Origin: a virus
Strand: one strand, 5' to 3'
Length of the DNA: 5,630 nt
Virus record (IMG/VR): IMGVR_UViG_3300045988_012546
A model generated the notes under the pieces. The model was not told the origin of the DNA and made no database searches. It saw nothing but the letters and a program-made list of their open reading frames with translations. Position numbers and translations under genes: made by a program. Below are positions 4,109 through 5,630 of this stretch, piece by piece. Each line of letters opens with the position of its first letter. Position 1 is the stretch's first letter.

Positions 4109-4148
4109 ATGCGCGTGTGCGCGCGATTACGTGTGCGCACGTGCATGT
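4109..4148. repeat. GC-rich alternating purine-pyrimidine block with an internal direct repeat and overlapping palindromes
   Basis: Strict Pu/Py alternation over 4109-4125 (17 nt) and 4128-4148 (21 nt). CGTGTGCGC occurs at 4114-4122 and 4130-4138. Palindromes are GTGCGCAC (4133-4140) and GCACGTGC (4137-4144). Confidence 0.85.
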
Positions 4149-4151
4149 CAA

Positions 4152-4205
4152 TATAAAACAAAAATACTCCGCCAAGTAGTCTTACTTGATAGTTACTTGG
4201 CGGAG
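4152..4205 (-). terminator. Strong rho-independent terminator after VP4; end of the phage transcription unit
   Basis: 12-bp perfect stem: ctccgccaagta (4167-4178) pairs with tacttggcggag (4194-4205), with a 15-nt loop. On the minus strand it is followed by TATTTTTGTTTTATAT. It starts 13 nt after the VP4 stop. Confidence 0.88.
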
Positions 4206-4217
4206 TGACACCACGTG

Positions 4218-5237
4218 TCAAAATATGCCTTTGGCTTTGCTCATCTTTTTGGACATAGATGCCTCTTTGTCCTTTAGCTGCTCTGCGTATGGTTTATCGG
4301 TTTCCGCGTTTCTTTCGATTAAGGACGCTATAGCTTTTTCTTGTCGATACTTCTTGATTCTCCAAGCTTTCTCAGGGTTCTCTACTTCAAGCTTTCGCCA
4401 ATAATATTCTGGTATAGCTGCTCTTTTGCCGTTGGTAAGCTGTATGTACCCCTGCTGCCAAAGTTTTTCTTGGTTGTCCTCAAACCACTTGTCTCCAAGC
4501 CCCGGTTTCCGGCTCATTGTGCAAAATGGTGGTACTAAACCCATTTTTTGGTAACGTTTTTTGTCGTTGCCGTACAGCTTTTTGGTAACATACCCTGCAA
4601 CATAATTATAGGTTTCTGGTGTTGCTTGCGCTATGTCAACTGTACCTTGCCCCCAGATTTTTACCAGCTTATCGCTTGTATAATGCCCGTGTCTTGACAG
4701 TTTGTGGATTGGTTTTAAGTCGTCCGGATGCCATCCATACAGTATCACGTGATAGTGCGGTCTCGCTGTGTTGTCTCCGTACTCTCCTGCCAAAAAGTAT
4801 CTTAGAGGCTCTTTGACGGCCTTTCTGAGCCTTTTTATAAATAGTTGGGTATCCTCTACGCTTAGAGTTTGCGCTGTTCTTGGACGCTCTGAGCCGCCTT
4901 TCCAGATGTTTATGCCGCCTTTATAGATTTCTCCTGTTTCTGTGTCTTGTGTTGGTACGTGGTCATCATCGTAGGTTAGTGTGATAAACCAGATCGTATC
5001 TTTGTTGTGTCCGTATGCTTCTAGTTCCATGCGTGTGCTCCAGTCTTTGCGCTTGCGCAATCTGCATCCGGTACACTGTCCGCATGGTATCAACATTACA
5101 TCTTTTCTGTACATTAAATTTTCGTATGTCATTTTGGTCTTGTGTATCTCGTTGAAAGAGGCGAGTGAGTCCACTCGCCCACTCGCCTCTCTGTCATGAG
5201 GTACATAAAACCGGATTAACGGTTTATTGCATCCCAT
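4218..5237 (-). CDS. VP4: VP4 rolling-circle replication initiator (HUH endonuclease, phiX174 A-like), 339 aa
   Basis: Motifs present: CGQCTGCRLRKRKDW, FITLTYDD (motif 1), RPHYHVILYG (HUH motif) and YNYVAGYVTKK (paired catalytic Tyr, compare YVAKYVNKK in phiX174 A). ATG 5237 abuts the VP2 TAA, with GAGAGGT upstream. Confidence 0.96.
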   Translation of the reverse strand: MGCNKPLIRFYVPHDREASGRVDSLASFNEIHKTKMTYENLMYRKDVMLIPCGQCTGCRLRKRKDWSTRMELEAYGHNKDTIWFITLTYDDDHVPTQDTETGEIYKGGINIWKGGSERPRTAQTLSVEDTQLFIKRLRKAVKEPLRYFLAGEYGDNTARPHYHVILYGWHPDDLKPIHKLSRHGHYTSDKLVKIWGQGTVDIAQATPETYNYVAGYVTKKLYGNDKKRYQKMGLVPPFCTMSRKPGLGDKWFEDNQEKLWQQGYIQLTNGKRAAIPEYYWRKLEVENPEKAWRIKKYRQEKAIASLIERNAETDKPYAEQLKDKEASMSKKMSKAKGIF

Positions 5238-5630
5238 TTATTTACCTCTCGGATTTATGCTCATATACCCTGTGGGCAAGTATCTTCTTGTACTTTCGAG
5301 TCTGTTTGCAAGTTCGTTTTTTGCTTTGTCTGCTACGGGTAAGGCTGCGAACTTTTCTTTAAGCTTGGCCGCGTTTTCCGCTGCCGTTTCGGCTATGGCC
5401 TCCATGTCTCCTTTGAGTCTTACCGGACTTGAGCTGCTCGACATGATAGCTTGCTGGATGCTCTGTGCTGCGTTTTCTGCGTGACTCCATGCTTCGCTGT
5501 GGCTACTCCAACTGCCGTCTTGTTTGATTCCCGGTAATGCTGTTGCTCCCAGTGCGCTGCTGGATGCCATACCCATACTTGCACTCCCGATTGTTCCCTG
5601 CGCTCCGCTTGGAGTGCTTGCGCCGCCTTG
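5238..5630 (-). CDS. VP2: VP2 minor capsid / DNA pilot protein, C-terminal portion (5576-5630 duplicates 1-55)
   Basis: The frame is open from the window end ([25 protein letters not shown]...) to TAA at 5240..5238. That stop directly abuts the VP4 ATG (TAAATG). Confidence 0.9.
   Translation of the reverse strand, partial: QGGASTPSGAQGTIGSASMGMASSSALGATALPGIKQDGSWSSHSEAWSHAENAAQSIQQAIMSSSSSPVRLKGDMEAIAETAAENAAKLKEKFAALPVADKAKNELANRLESTRRYLPTGYMSINPRGK
5576..5630. repeat. Right copy of the exact 55-nt direct terminal repeat (identical to 1-55)
   Basis: Character-by-character identity with 1-55. A 55-nt overlap is what a de Bruijn assembler using k=55 leaves on a circular molecule (inference). 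Confidence 0.98.

Larger units (their letters stand above)
1..5575 (-). mobile_element. Complete circular Microviridae (Gokushovirinae-like) phage genome, 5575-nt unit; coding/virion sense is the minus strand of this window
   Basis: The full gokushovirus core set (VP1, VP2, VP3, VP4, VP5-like, ORF8-like) sits on one strand with tightly overlapping starts and stops. An exact 55-nt terminal duplication closes the circle. The size is typical for the subfamily. Confidence 0.93.

Noticed and set aside
4146-4151. A perfect TTGACA on the minus strand just downstream of the VP4 terminator, considered as a possible second promoter for the mini-ORF.
   Set aside because: At 16-19 nt downstream the sequence is GC-rich (TAATCG / AATCGC), with no acceptable -10 hexamer. 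AT-rich -10-like words further on lack a properly spaced -35.

Overview
The window is one complete circular ssDNA phage genome of the Microviridae, Gokushovirinae-like type. It is shown as the reverse complement of the coding (virion-sense) strand.

**Circularity.** Bases 1-55 are identical to bases 5576-5630, so the unit circle is 5575 nt. The contig was linearised inside the VP2 gene.

**Gene order.** All credible genes are on the minus strand. Reading the minus strand around the circle:
- near-consensus sigma70-type promoter (3746-3774)
- 55-aa Cys/His-rich ORF, followed by an intrinsic terminator
- possible 34-codon CTG-initiated ORF
- 75-aa helical ORF
- 39-aa basic ORF8/J-like DNA-binding protein
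- VP5-like 80-aa protein
- VP3 scaffold
- VP1 major capsid
- GC hairpin
- VP2 pilot protein, which wraps across the window ends
- VP4 HUH replication initiator
- strong intrinsic terminator (4152-4205)

**Control region.** The one long stretch without a convincing conventional gene, about 3775-4151, is unusually structured. It contains a nested GC hairpin and seven same-orientation TCAACA-core repeats, three of them in tandem. It also has one perfect and one consensus-compatible DnaA-box motif, and a 27-codon hydrophobic mini-ORF with a good SD. Further along are (CTA)n and (AAT)n simple repeats and a 40-nt alternating purine-pyrimidine GC block.

**Items most worth follow-up:**
- the origin-like control region
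- the self-contained promoter-gene-terminator cassette for the Cys-rich protein
- the hydrophobic mini-ORF, as a candidate membrane or lysis peptide in a phage group with no recognised lysis gene

No tRNA, rRNA, CRISPR array or transposon features were seen. All protein family assignments rest on motif recognition by eye, not on searches.
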